Shown piece after piece: positions 54,001 to 63,312 of a stretch of DNA of 64,000 bases. The notes under the pieces are model-generated. The model had not been told where the DNA came from and made no database searches. It saw nothing but the letters and a program-made list of their open reading frames with translations. The first letter of the stretch is position 1. Every line of letters starts with the position of its first letter. The DNA comes from Eledone cirrhosa (lineage: Eukaryota), in the NCBI GenBank assembly GCA_964016885.1, contig OZ024741.1:287928001-287992000 (forward strand), written 5' to 3'. Both the position numbers and the translations under genes were made by a program.

Positions 54001-57000
54001 TCAACTTTGCCTTTCATCCTTCTGGGGTCAATAAAATAGAGTACCAGTCAAGTATTGAGATCCATTTAATCGACTTCCACCTCCCCACAACTTGATGGTT
54101 TTGTGCCTATGATAAAAAAAATTACTGGGGTTAGTTAATCATTGTTCATCAATGTCTACCTCTTCTTAACACCTGTATATTGTCTTCATTAATTAAAGAT
54201 ATGCTGGTCACATTGTGCTAATAGTTTTTACTTCACAATGAATGGTGGGTGGAAAAATGGTAGGTGATGCCAGTGGAAGGAAGCTGTAGTAGAGGAAGAG
54301 CAAGAAAAACCTTCTCAGACGTGATTAGAGCTGATCTTAGAATGCTGAATCTCATAAAGCCAGCAATTTGGAAGAGAAGAAGAAATTTGAAAATAAAGTG
54401 CCCCAAATAGGGGGACTTCATTTTATTGACCCTGATAGGATAAGTAGTATAGTTGAAATCAGAATGCAAAGTCCATAACTCAATGCCACAAAGCATTTTG
54501 CCCGACACACTAATGATACTGCCAATCCACCACCCTTGAACTTATAAAATAATTTTTTTAAATGAATGAAATGAAATGAAATGAAATGAAATGAAATGAA
54601 ACCAATGAAATGAAATGAAATGAAACCAATAAAATGATGTTTTTCAATTTTGGCACAAGGCCTGAAATTTGTAGGAAAGGGTAAATTGATTACATTGACC
54701 TCAGTATTTGACTGGTACTTTATTCTATTGACCCCAGAAGGATAAAAGACAAAGTTGATCACTGCAAGGTTTTAACACAGAATATAAACTAGAACAAATA
54801 TTGGTAAGTGTTTATTTGACACTCTAATGACTGCTAATTCACCACACTGAAAACCAGTAAAATGATTAAAAAATGTTTAAGAAATGTTACCTTGAAAGTA
54901 GATGGCTTCTGTTTCTTATTTTCTGCCTCAGCTTCAGCAGCAAACATTGATAAAGGATCACAGCCATCAAATTCAACATTAAGTGGGTCCAAAATTAAAC
55001 TAAGGGGTTCTGAAAGACCCTTCTGTCCTGTGGCTACAGAGTTTGATCGTGATGGTGTCCCTCTTTTGTCACTAGACTTTATCTCAGTCACCTATAACAG
55101 AGATTAGTATAAAGTAAATAACCAAAATAGAAATAGCTCAACAGTTCTATTCAATAATTAGTTTAAGATAATCATTTAAAATTTCTAAAGAAAACTATTG
55201 TTTAGTACCATGTTCAACCCTTTTGTTACTACCCTGGCCAAAAAACTGGCTCTGATTCTTTGAAATAAAATCCCCCATTTTAAAGGTTTCCAATTTAAAT
55301 TAAAATCTTCCAACATAATTTTATATAAGAACCTTACATTAATTTACTATCTTAGTCATGATGAAATAATTGATAATTTTAGTAAATCCCTCAAAATTCT
55401 TCATTCACTAATTCAAATAATGTGTATTTCATTAGAAATATGGTCATGATAGGGTTATTTCTAGAAAATTTCTGTACAGCAGTTGTATAAATCTTGACAA
55501 ATCATCATCATCATTTTACATCCACTTTCCATGCTGACATGGGTTAGATGGGTCACTATGGTCAGATAACTACGTCTTGCTCATACGCTCCATATTTTGG
55601 CTTGTTGTTTATGCCTTGATTAGAGGAAGAAGAGCTACACACATGACATCTGTTTTGCATGGCCCCCAAGACTGGTTGTGGAAAGGGAGAAAGAAATTGT
55701 AGCCAAATGGTTAAGAAGTTTGCTTCGCAATTACATCCTAGGTTTGATCCCATCATGTGGCATCTTGGACAAGTATCATTTATAATAACCTTGAATTGAC
55801 ACAAGCCTTGTAAGTAAAATTATGAAGACAGAAGCTGTTTGGAAGCCTGTAGGATGGACTGTACCTGTAATTCAAAGGGCCAGCCTTGTGTCACACTGAA
55901 TCTCCCTGTGAATTATAATGAAGGTTCACCTGTCAGTGGAATGCTCAGTCACTTGCATATTAATCTTATGAGCAGGGTGTTTTGTTGACCGTACAACTGG
56001 ACCACTTATTATTGAAATCAACAGGGATCCATTCCATTCCAGTAGCATAGTTTAGTATTTGTAGACAAAATTATATTTCATTATTATAATTTAGTATTAG
56101 TAGACAAAACTATATTGCATAACTATAATTTAGTATTTGTAGACAAAATTATAATTCATAACTATAATTTAGTATTTGTAGACAAAATTATAATTCATAA
56201 CTATAATTTAGTATTTGTAGACAAAATTATAATTCATAACTATAATTTAGTATTTGTAGACAAAATTATAATTCATAACTATAATTTAGTATTTGTAGAC
56301 AAAATTATAATTCATAACTATAATTTAGTATTTGTAGACAAAATTATAATTCATAACTATAATTTAGTATTTGTAGACAAAATTATAATTCAATAGATGT
56401 AAACAGAAACATATATAGACACACTACATATCATTTTATATGGACACCTTTGTTGAAAATGTCTTAATACAGGCTGTTAGCTCCTGGTAAACAGTGTAAC
56501 TCAAATTCAATTCTTGATCATAGCTACTTCTCGTATTCGCCAATACCGGCCACAACTCTTATCTGACCACGAAACCTGACATGAATAGGTCACACTGTCC
56601 ATAGATGGATACCTCTGGTCATCAAAGACCAAGTAATTATTTATTACACTTGTGTACAGAAAAAAATATTTTTTGTTTCTTTGTAGAAATCTGTAAAGAC
56701 AGAATTCTATACAGACTGAATTCATTTCCTATATAAACTCATAGTGAATGTATACATTTTCTATAGAGATCTATAGTGGTTTATTGCATATATAGTATTT
56801 CACAGATAGTCCATAATTTAGACAATTGCAAAATCAGTTGTGGTTAGCTACAGTTAAACTTTACCTTAGTAAGGAAAGAATGCAAAAATACTGAAGCCTC
56901 AAAACTTCCCACGGTACAGCAACAGAACTACAGAGAGTATGCCAGTTCTATTTACTCTTTTAGAAATGAAATAAAAGGTTCACTAACCGTTATAGCTTTT

Positions 57001-57078
57001 AATGGATGATTACTTGTTGATTCAAAACAAATATGCCTCTTTTCTTTCTCTTTCTCATAATTTTTGGGCTGGTGATAC
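19669..57078 (-). CDS. VPS35L: VPS35 endosomal protein sorting factor-like (C16orf62, Retriever subunit); 25 coding exons traced, first exon not located
   Basis: Exons join in frame with GT-AG boundaries, 2914 nt in total (about 970 aa plus stop). Peptides such as [100 protein letters not shown] and VDSNDNLYG follow VPS35L as I recall it. Confidence 0.95.
20200..20980 (+). mobile_element. Degraded RTE fragment
   Basis: Sequence similar to the RT/PHD/C-terminal region of the 38492 copy, ending in atgatgat. Confidence 0.85.
21001..21147 (-). CDS. VPS35L: VPS35L exon (AFRRQS...IAHG...NLW...HGC)
   Basis: cag/gtaag boundaries, 49 codons. Confidence 0.9.
22480..22800 (-). mobile_element. Old RT fragment of a non-LTR element
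   Basis: [22 protein letters not shown] resembles the RT QG.VLSP motif. Confidence 0.65.
23603..23721 (-). CDS. VPS35L: VPS35L exon ([10 protein letters not shown]...HLKTLASQE)
   Basis: cag/gtaag boundaries. Confidence 0.92.
25095..25260 (-). CDS. VPS35L: VPS35L exon (DSPDAGV...[10 protein letters not shown])
   Basis: cag/gtaa boundaries. Confidence 0.91.
26445..26584 (-). CDS. VPS35L: VPS35L exon (DEFFK...FISTLLVVP)
   Basis: cag/gtgagt boundaries. Confidence 0.91.
27528..27642 (-). CDS. VPS35L: VPS35L exon ([13 protein letters not shown]...NQCLGQ)
   Basis: cag/gt boundaries. Confidence 0.93.
28505..28582 (-). CDS. VPS35L: VPS35L exon (SVNQLAM...KTAAFVK)
   Basis: cag/gtgag boundaries. 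Confidence 0.92.
29240..30092. repeat. 31-bp minisatellite (about 27 copies)
   Basis: Unit tagatacactacatattagataatgtagtcc. Confidence 0.95.
30153..30315 (-). CDS. VPS35L: VPS35L exon (ALTLEDEKK...FEQQLSF...LIH)
   Basis: cag/gtaagt boundaries. Confidence 0.93.
30470..30699. mobile_element. piggyBac-type MITE (TTAA target site)
   Basis: TTAA-ccctttagcatt...aatgctaaagggg-TTAA; family copies at 22125-22324, 27897-28112 and 42485-42678. Confidence 0.8.
30882..30962 (-). CDS. VPS35L: VPS35L exon ([12 protein letters not shown]...HDSV)
   Basis: cag/gtaagt boundaries. Confidence 0.9.
31852..31937 (-). CDS. VPS35L: VPS35L exon ([21 protein letters not shown])
   Basis: cag/gttagt boundaries. Confidence 0.92.
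32910..33053 (-). CDS. VPS35L: VPS35L exon (KREINTVL...YPQLQ...FSVLFGL)
   Basis: cag/gtaag boundaries, 48 codons. Confidence 0.92.
33228..37605. repeat. 35-bp minisatellite (about 125 copies, 4.4 kb, intronic)
   Basis: Unit tacct[a/g]gtcaattaatga[t/g]ctatcaagg[c/t]ag[ccat/tcat/tctt]. Confidence 0.97.
38361..38414 (-). CDS. VPS35L: VPS35L exon ([18 protein letters not shown])
   Basis: cag/gt boundaries, 18 codons. Confidence 0.9.
38484..40138 (+). mobile_element. RTE-clade LINE, 5'-truncated, with open RT ORF (38492-39850)
   Basis: RT motifs [36 protein letters not shown] and LYADD; a C4HC3 PHD-like finger; [10 protein letters not shown]...GRPK; (GAT)n tail. Confidence 0.95.
40308..40760. 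mobile_element. Foldback element C with a degenerate hammerhead (- strand, 40346-40458)
   Basis: Arms 40308-40368 and 40602-40662, both carrying GAAAC-AAUU-GUC. On the - strand: AACU-GUGAUGA-ACCCAAGG...CCUGGGU-A-GAAAC-AAUU-GUC-AGUU (C3 to G). Confidence 0.65.
40800..40972. repeat. Diverged foldback element D next to TA-rich tracts
   Basis: Arms about 40830-40874 and 40903-40947 (tacagacagaagt/acttctgtctgta); GAAAU...CUGUC half-motif on the - strand. Confidence 0.6.
42077..42193 (-). CDS. VPS35L: VPS35L exon (HMLYRTLG...DPP...ILNDVWK...)
   Basis: cag/gt boundaries, 39 codons. Confidence 0.9.
42485..42678. mobile_element. piggyBac-type MITE (TTAA)
   Basis: TTAA-ccctttagcattta...taaatgctaaaggg-TTAA. 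Confidence 0.82.
43356..43467 (-). CDS. VPS35L: VPS35L exon ([11 protein letters not shown]...ESGFPK)
   Basis: cag/gt boundaries. Confidence 0.92.
43525..44370 (-). mobile_element. Degraded RTE fragment
   Basis: NFCYIGD...[10 protein letters not shown]...LHGSE...LHWYGHV peptides across several frames. Confidence 0.88.
44636..44880. mobile_element. Foldback element E with a hammerhead that has a long stem II (- strand, 44680-44772)
   Basis: Arms about 44636-44725 and 44791-44878. On the - strand: CUGAUGA-GC...GC-GAAA-UGCAUA-UC-ACACCUG; stem I is partly degraded; ends at (TA)n. Confidence 0.65.
45046..45685. mobile_element. Foldback retrozyme/Penelope-pLTR-like element F
   Basis: Arms 45046-45320 (with a 44-nt SINE/RTE tail insert) and 45430-45656. 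The spacer 45361-45427 is the inverted copy of the right tail. Each arm holds a hammerhead; (TA)n flanks. Confidence 0.85.
45480..45551 (+). ncRNA. Canonical type I hammerhead ribozyme (mirror copy on - strand at about 45200-45270)
   Basis: GGCU-CUGAUGA-ACGC caacca GCGU-GAAAC-AG-A-CU-GUC-AGCC. Stem I extends via GGGGAG/CUCCCU; GUC cleavage site after 45534. Confidence 0.88.
45765..46466 (-). mobile_element. Tandem array of four young SINE copies next to a VPS35L donor site
   Basis: Three full units and one partial unit of about 190 bp, ending about 20 nt from the exon end at 46489. Confidence 0.85.
46489..46658 (-). CDS. VPS35L: VPS35L exon (IHEDGVQN...[12 protein letters not shown]...)
   Basis: tag/gtgag boundaries. 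Confidence 0.91.
47243..47320 (-). CDS. VPS35L: VPS35L exon ([14 protein letters not shown]...YHQ)
   Basis: cag/gtaa boundaries, 26 codons. Confidence 0.87.
48180..48273 (-). CDS. VPS35L: VPS35L exon ([24 protein letters not shown])
   Basis: cag/gtaagt boundaries. Confidence 0.93.
48826..49088. repeat. A/G-rich (GAAAA)n-like tract
   Basis: About 260 nt almost entirely purine. Confidence 0.95.
49846..49990 (-). CDS. VPS35L: VPS35L exon (DNFSP...[15 protein letters not shown]...)
   Basis: tag/gtatg boundaries; conserved peptide. Confidence 0.93.
50360..50710. repeat. 48-bp tandem repeat related to the RTE/SINE 3' UTR motif
   Basis: caccagcactac...ttacagagagtactgg recurs every 48 nt; a similar degenerate array lies at 49250-49530. 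Confidence 0.8.
50838..50912 (-). CDS. VPS35L: VPS35L exon ([11 protein letters not shown]...)
   Basis: tag/gta boundaries; phase 1-1. Confidence 0.88.
51070..51615 (+). mobile_element. RTE 3' fragment with an internal duplication
   Basis: Similar to 39490-39850; the gaggtgataaaagctgac segment occurs twice (about 51305 and 51497). Confidence 0.8.
51688..51772 (-). CDS. VPS35L: VPS35L exon ([28 protein letters not shown])
   Basis: tag/gtaagt boundaries; highly conserved peptide. Confidence 0.93.
51835..52270. repeat. 46-bp minisatellite
   Basis: Unit gtcaacagcctgtagtgtagatgtaaatatatactgtaaagttggt. Confidence 0.93.
52322..52450 (-). CDS. VPS35L: VPS35L exon ([15 protein letters not shown]...KIAIQ)
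   Basis: cag/gtaa boundaries, 43 codons. Confidence 0.92.
53261..53334 (-). CDS. VPS35L: VPS35L exon ([15 protein letters not shown])
   Basis: cag/gt boundaries; phase is consistent. Confidence 0.9.
53715..53862 (-). CDS. VPS35L: VPS35L exon (ERSF...[23 protein letters not shown])
   Basis: cag/gtaa boundaries; conserved FEPW...YTTxEKLSI. Confidence 0.9.
54891..55091 (-). CDS. VPS35L: VPS35L exon (VTEIKSS...[11 protein letters not shown]...STFK)
   Basis: ag/gt boundaries, 67 codons. Confidence 0.9.
56050..56391. repeat. 39-bp minisatellite
   Basis: Unit ataatttagtatttgtagacaaaattataattcataact. Confidence 0.93.
56988..57078 (-). CDS. VPS35L: VPS35L exon (YHQPKNYE...HPLKAIT)
   Basis: cag/gt boundaries; matches the N-terminal RNY...HPLKPIT segment. 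Confidence 0.85.
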
Positions 57079-57350
57079 CTGAAATATTATCAAACACAAA
57101 TTGTATTAACATAAGTTATCACCCCCACCACCTGCTATAATTTAATTACAAATTGATATAGTAAAAACGTTTTGACAGGGGTGTAAAGGGTGTGAGTAGC
57201 TTTTCTTAATGCTGAGAAACATAAAGAGATATCTGGAGAGAAATGTCATCAGTTCCCATCAAACAGGGATTTTAAAACCAGGCCTAGAATATTTCAAACA
57301 CAGATTCATATTGAGGTGACACCATGAGTTAGCGAACATAATTATGAGTA

Positions 57351-57580
57351 TTAACCCTTTTGTTACAATATTTCTAATGAAATACTGTGTTTGAAATAAT
57401 GAAGAATTTGAAGGGATTTACTAAAATTATTAATTATTTCATTATTAAGATGGCATTTGTAACATAATATAACAAAAGCTTCTCATACTAAATTATGTTT
57501 GAAGATATTAATTTAAAATGGGTGGTTTTGTTTCATACAACCAAAGGTCGTTTTGAGCAGGTTGGTGTCAAAAGGGTTAA
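57351..57580. mobile_element. Second TTAA MITE family
   Basis: TTAA-cccttttg...caaaaggg-TTAA; related diverged copies near 21808-22053, 32028-32470 and 55215-55457. Confidence 0.75.
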
Positions 57581-59202
57581 CTCTGGCGTTGTAAATATAA
57601 CTGGGTGTATCTAAAATACTAGATACCACATACAGTATATACATGAGATTCTACAAGCATGTACATTTATTAAACACAAATGACAGCAACCTTTATCACT
57701 ATATATGTATAAACATTGAAATATTGAAGAAATATTATTGTCAAACATTTATTCTAGTACTCTACTAATATGGATTTCTCCACAGCACCAACTATAATGG
57801 TAATTTACTAATAGTCATTTGAAAGACTAGAAAAAATAGCCAAATATGCTTCAAATTACATGCTAATGCATATGAGGAGCTCAAACTGCTTGACATAGCA
57901 GGCAAAATATGAGGAAATTAATGAAATTTCTAACAGGTCACAAGGTATACAGTTATGAGGGGGAAATTATATAGATAATCAGCATTTACTCATCAACACA
58001 TCATTCCTGGTATTTATTTCAAGTTCAGAGATAGGAGTGAAGGGTCAAGTGGTGACAATTGAACTAAATATTGTAATAGATTTAGTTTGGTGCTCTAACA
58101 ATCCTAACAACTACTGCTTTAATAATATAATTGTTTCTACTTTAGGCACAAGGCCAGCAATTACCCAGTACATTACTGGTACTTTATTTTATCGACCCCC
58201 GTAAGGATGAAAGGCAAAGTTAACCTCGGCGGGATTTGAACTCAGACTGTAAAGGGACGTAACTATGCTAGAAAGCATGGCGTCCAACCCTCTACCGATA
58301 CTGCCAATTCACCGCTCTTTTTAATAATATAATGGTTTCTATTATGGTTTCAAGACCTGCAATTTGAATGGAGAAAAAAAATCAATTATATCAAGCCAGT
58401 ACTTGACTGCTGTTTTATTTTATTCACTCTGGGAGAATGAATGGTAAAGTTGACCTTAGCCGAAATTTGAAGTCATAACATAAAAGGACATAACTAAATA
58501 ACACAAGGAATTTGTCCGATGCTCCACCAATTCTGCAATGTACTGAATATATACTAGATAATAACTTTATTTTAGTGATCCCCCACCCACACCCAGAACT
58601 TAAGACCTACCTCAGCAGGATTTGAATTCAAAATGTAAAGCATTCATTTTTTTTTTTCATATATGGAGTTTGGCAGGTAGGTGTAATCAGCTAGCACACA
58701 TCTATTTCTATAGCCGTCTACGGTGGCCTAATGGTAAGTATTGGAAATGGTGGAGATGTTTGGTTGGGGTTCAATCTCGGTCAGAATCTATACTAAGTTT
58801 ACTAATTTCATAATGGCGGTACTCCTGTCGGTTGGTTCATGCAATAGGTAATATAAAATAATTGAAATAATTAATATGAAATTAACCTGATAGTTTAAAG
58901 CAATTTTACAAATTTATGGTTGACCATATCCTTGAGTAAAATTTAGTGGACAGAAACCGTTGTGTATGTGTATTCATTTTCATTTGTGTTTGTCTTGTCA
59001 TTTCTTGAACTACACACACACACATATATATATACACATACATACATACATACATATACAATAAGAAAACAGTAGAAAATGGTAATACAATTTTCTCATA
59101 GAAAAGCAGAAAAACATTTTTTTTAAACTATTTTGTTTTCTTATTTTCCTAATATATATCAACCCGTGTGTCACTTCTCAACATTCTAAATATATATATA
59201 TA

Positions 59203-60760
59203 TCATTATCATCATCGTTTAACATCCATCTTCCACGCTAGCATGGGTTAGATGGTTTTGTTCCATTTGATGTGGGAATGGTCGGGAGACCATGTCTCGC
59301 TCGTACGGAAGCGTCTCTGGCTGGATGCCCTTCCTAACACCAACCACATTTACAGTCTGAACTGGGAGCCTTTTTACCGTGTCTCCTACACGGCCACCTT
59401 ACAGTGTGGACTGTTCTGTCATCGATACAGTGGACGGAATGGAGAGGGAGGGTGGGGTAGGGGGTGTACATTGAGTTAAGAGGTGCCTACTGACTGTAGG
59501 TTTGTATGCAATGGTAGTCACGTCTTCTGTACAACTGCATGGCGCCAAAGATCTCGATCCAGTGTCATTGTCTTAGAGAGGTGTAGGTGGACAAGGTCAG
59601 TTTTTATCCCAGGTTTTTCTTGGTCTACCCACTCCGCAGCTTCCATCAATTTTCATTGCCCTACACTTTTTTATACAGCTGGCGTCCTTCATATGCATCA
59701 CATGTCCATACCAACGCAATCTCCTCTCCAGAACACAACATTTGATACCTCTTATGCTTAGTCTCTCTCTCAATTCATTTATGCTTCGCCGTTCATGCAC
59801 ATTACTATTACACATCCATCGAAGCATGCAAGCTTCATTTCTTTCTAATCTACGCAGGTCTTCAGCACACAGTGCCCAAGTCTCGCTACCACATAATATC
59901 GCCGTTCGTATACATGCCTCATACAATCTGCCTTTCATTTTTAGAGAAAAACCCCTTGTGGTCAACAGCGGTATTAGCTCTCTGAACTTTTTCCCTCCCG
60001 TTCTAACTTTGGCTACTACACTTTCAGAGCACCCTCCTCCACTGCTGATTTTGTCACCCAGGTAACAGAAGGTGTCTACTATTTCTATAGGACCATCTGG
60101 GCAGTTGAAGAGGATATCATCCAGTGGGTCCTTGCAACTTGCTGCACCTGAGCATCGGCCACATATAAAATCTACATTCTTAGATAGCTTACCTCTGATA
60201 CCACTACATCTTTTATGCACCCATATTTTGCATTTGGGACATGGAATAGAGTTTCTGCCTATTCCTTTCTTACACACTCAGCATGGCTATTTCCCAGAGG
60301 GTACCTGTGCCTTATTCTCCTTTCTGCATACTAGAACCTTATTCTTAGACAAGTTGACTCTAAGGCCTTTTCATTCAAGGCCATGCTTCCATGTTTGGAA
60401 CTTCCTCTCTAGTTCAGCCATAGATTCAGCTATGAGAGTTAGATCATCTGCATATAGAAGTTCCCATGGGCAGCCAGTCTTAAACCCCTCTGTTATAGCG
60501 TGAAGGACAATTATAAACAGCAGGGGGCAAGAACGGAGCCCTGGTGTACCCCTACCATTACACTAAATTCATCACTATATTCTTCGTTAATTCTAACCTT
60601 GCTGACTGTTCCTCTATACATGGCTTATATAGCTCTCACAAGCCATTCTTCCACTCCTACTTTTCTAAGAGCCCATCAGATTAAGGTGCGAGGGACTCTG
60701 TCAAAGGCCTTTTCCAGGTCAACAAAAGCTAAGTAGAAGGGTTTACTGTTAGCCAGGTAG
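59203..60760 (-). mobile_element. RTE-clade LINE, 5'-truncated and frameshifted
   Basis: Same RT/PHD family as 38492 (ORF 59597-60277 and flanking frames); (GAT)n tail at 59203-59216; inserted in (TA)n. Confidence 0.93.
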
Positions 60761-60903
60761 TATATATATATATATATGAATGTTGAAGTGATACTATTTG
60801 ATATATTTTAGGAAAATAAGAAAACAAAATAATTTTTTTTTAAATGTTTTTCTACTTTTCTATGAGAAAATTCTATGAATATTTTCTACTGTTTTCTTAT
60901 TTT

Positions 60904-60939
<36 letters not shown>

Positions 60940-60972
60940 TGGAAAATGTGTGAGATCCTTGGTACAGTTAGG

Positions 60973-61082
60973 TATATTTGAAAAAAAGGAAAAGAATGAG
61001 TTCAGTTGTAGCGTTTAATAATTTGAATCAAATTATTTAACACTACAAGTGAAGTCATTCTTTTCCTTTTTTTCAAATATAT
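60973..61082. repeat. Near-perfect hairpin with arms of about 54 bp abutting (TA)n
   Basis: tatatttgaaaaaaaggaaaagaatga...aatttga-a-tcaaatt...tcattcttttccttttttttcaaatata. Confidence 0.8.
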
Positions 61083-61094
61083 ATATATATATAT

Positions 61095-61630
61095 AAGCAT
61101 GTAACAAGAGTTACAGGCAATGCGCCGTTCGAAGCACTCGATGTTGTTATGAGGTTTGTTTGGATTGCATTCCAGTGTTACGGCTGTAGTGGGAAATGTG
61201 TAAATAGATTACAAAGTGTCCAAGTCAGTGTTGCAGCATATGTACAAAATTTATTTGTATATTACAATTGTTTCGATCAGCTCAGGGTGACGGGCACCCG
61301 ACTCTTTTCGACATCTTATCAGATATGCGAGCTTATATGTGCAAAGACACATCTAAACTGTTGACAGAGGTCTCAGGATCTGCTTAATACACTTATTTTT
61401 CATCCTTATACCCCACCCCACCAACAAACCTACCAATAATAAACCGATTTCGGGATTCCTGTCAACAGTTTAGATGTGACTTTGCACATATAAGCTCGCA
61501 TATCTGATGAAATGTCGAAAAAGTGTTGAGCCCTGTCACCTTGATTGCACCCTGAGCTCATCGATATCAAAACAATTGTAGTATGCATATAAAGTTTGTA
61601 TATATGCTGCAACACTGACTTTGACTCTTA
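61095..61630. mobile_element. Foldback element G with two singly mutated hammerheads
   Basis: Arms 61218-61367 and 61459-61625. The + copy reads GCAUAU-CUGAUGA...AAAAC-AAUU-GUA-GUAUGC; the - copy reads GCAUAU-CUGAUAA...GAAAC-AAUU-GUA-AUAUAC. Confidence 0.75.
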
Positions 61631-61884
61631 AATCTCTCTCTCTATATATATATATATATACAGATACACACACAAATAATGAATCAAAACATACCAAATA
61701 TGTTTAGAATTTTGTGTTTCTCAATAAACAAGCTCAATAGACTTTATCTATAGCTATAATTCCACCTGTGTACATATTCTTTTATAGAATATGTATTTGG
61801 TATATACAATATACCGTGTTTCTTGTACGATATATGGCTCTTTCTCTCTCTATATATATGTATATCTTTTCATTTGGTTCTGCG

Positions 61885-62890
61885 ACCTGAATGAATGCCA
61901 TGCGACCCCCAAAACCCGACTTAGGGCGGAACAACACACCATCTTCACGCTACAGACCCACACACTCACTGGCCTGATATCCCTACCCCTCTTCCTCCCC
62001 CTCCCCTATACCCCCTACTAACACCACTAAAACAATCCCAAGATTCGCACACCACTAACCCCCACCCACACATCCACATTCGACCACCCCACCACTAATA
62101 ATACTACACCCCCCTCCCAATACCTTCCCCTCACAACGCACACGCCAGCATATATACTCACCCACACCTATGTACACACACCAGTATATTACACTCAGTC
62201 ATACAGTACCCAGCACCTCTCGCCCCCGTACCCCCCCATACACACACACACATCCTACTAACACCGCCACTCATATATACACACACACCGCTACCCTCTC
62301 CCTCAACTTTTCCCACTGACCCACCTCCTCTCCTGTCCACCGCACCTCCGCACACACATACAGGCCACACCTGCCAACTACCACTGCCTGACTATTCCCT
62401 ACCCTCTTGACTGCTATCTCCTCTCTCTCGCATCCTTCGCCCTGCCTTATCCACCCCCTGGTCAAGGCGACCATCTTGACTACTTACTGTTGCGCGCAAC
62501 TTTCTACTTCCTCCTCACCAATTCCACGGATGCTACACCGCTAGTCACACTCTGGACATCCACCATTTAATACCCGGATTTTCACCATCTGTCCACACAC
62601 TCACCGGAAAAACATTCAGGAACACACCATTTTCGCACACACGCAACCATACATTCTCACATATCCACACCACACAAACACACGTGCGTATCCTCACATA
62701 CACCTACTCTGCACGCTCCCTCTCCACCACTCCATCCGACCCCTCTCCATCCACACGCACACAGACTTCCACCCCACCCCATGTACACACTGGTTTTCCT
62801 AATACACAAGCATGGAACCCCGTTCTCCCCCATACTCACACTCACACAAACACCTAACACACCACCTTCCACCCTCCCCACTCGGACCCC
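61885..62890 (+). mobile_element. Probable Penelope-like (Neptune-type) 3' fragment: ORF end plus C-rich tail
   Basis: The peptide RLRAEQHTIFTLQTHTLTGLI resembles the PLE GIY-YIG C-terminal R..EQ..IF.L.T..P.GLN motif; about 900 bp of C/A-rich sequence follows, ending at (TA)n. Confidence 0.5.
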
Positions 62891-62906
62891 CAATTTATAT
62901 ATATAT

Positions 62907-63303
62907 ACGAGGGCAATCCCAAAAGTAAGGTCTCCTTCCGATATTGCAACTTTTCCGTTAAAATCCTGTGGATGGTGCTTCGGGAAACCTCAGGAACCAA
63001 AATGCAGAGAGCATCCAGAGTGATCCGCCGATCTTTACGCATGTTTTCCTCGGAAGGAGACCTTACTTTTGGGATTGCCCACGTATATAATAACTGCGCG
63101 AAATTCGCACTTGGCGGTAGCGTTCAACGGGAGCTCCATTCTCAACGACTGTCAAGCCAAGATTGAGCATCCCAGCGAAGCGCGCGCATGCTTGTTTGGG
63201 AGTGAAGGAAGCACCAATCACAACAGTGTTGCCAACAGCCGTACGAACAGTTTCTCTGCGTCCCCATCGCTTTGGAGACCTTACTTTTGGGATTACCCAC
63301 GTA
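62907..63303 (-). mobile_element. Mariner derivative: 5' end plus a nested mini-element
   Basis: Three copies of the TIR tacg(a/t)ggg(c/t)aatcccaaaagtaaggtctcc, TA-flanked. Transposase pieces MELPLNATAKCEFRAVI (ATG at 63139) and RKDRRITLDAL...VSRSTIHRILTEKLQYRK. Confidence 0.85.
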
Positions 63304-63312
63304 TATATATAT

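Noticed and set aside
56115-56396. ORF with a 13-aa repeat
   Set aside because: Read-through of a 39-bp minisatellite.
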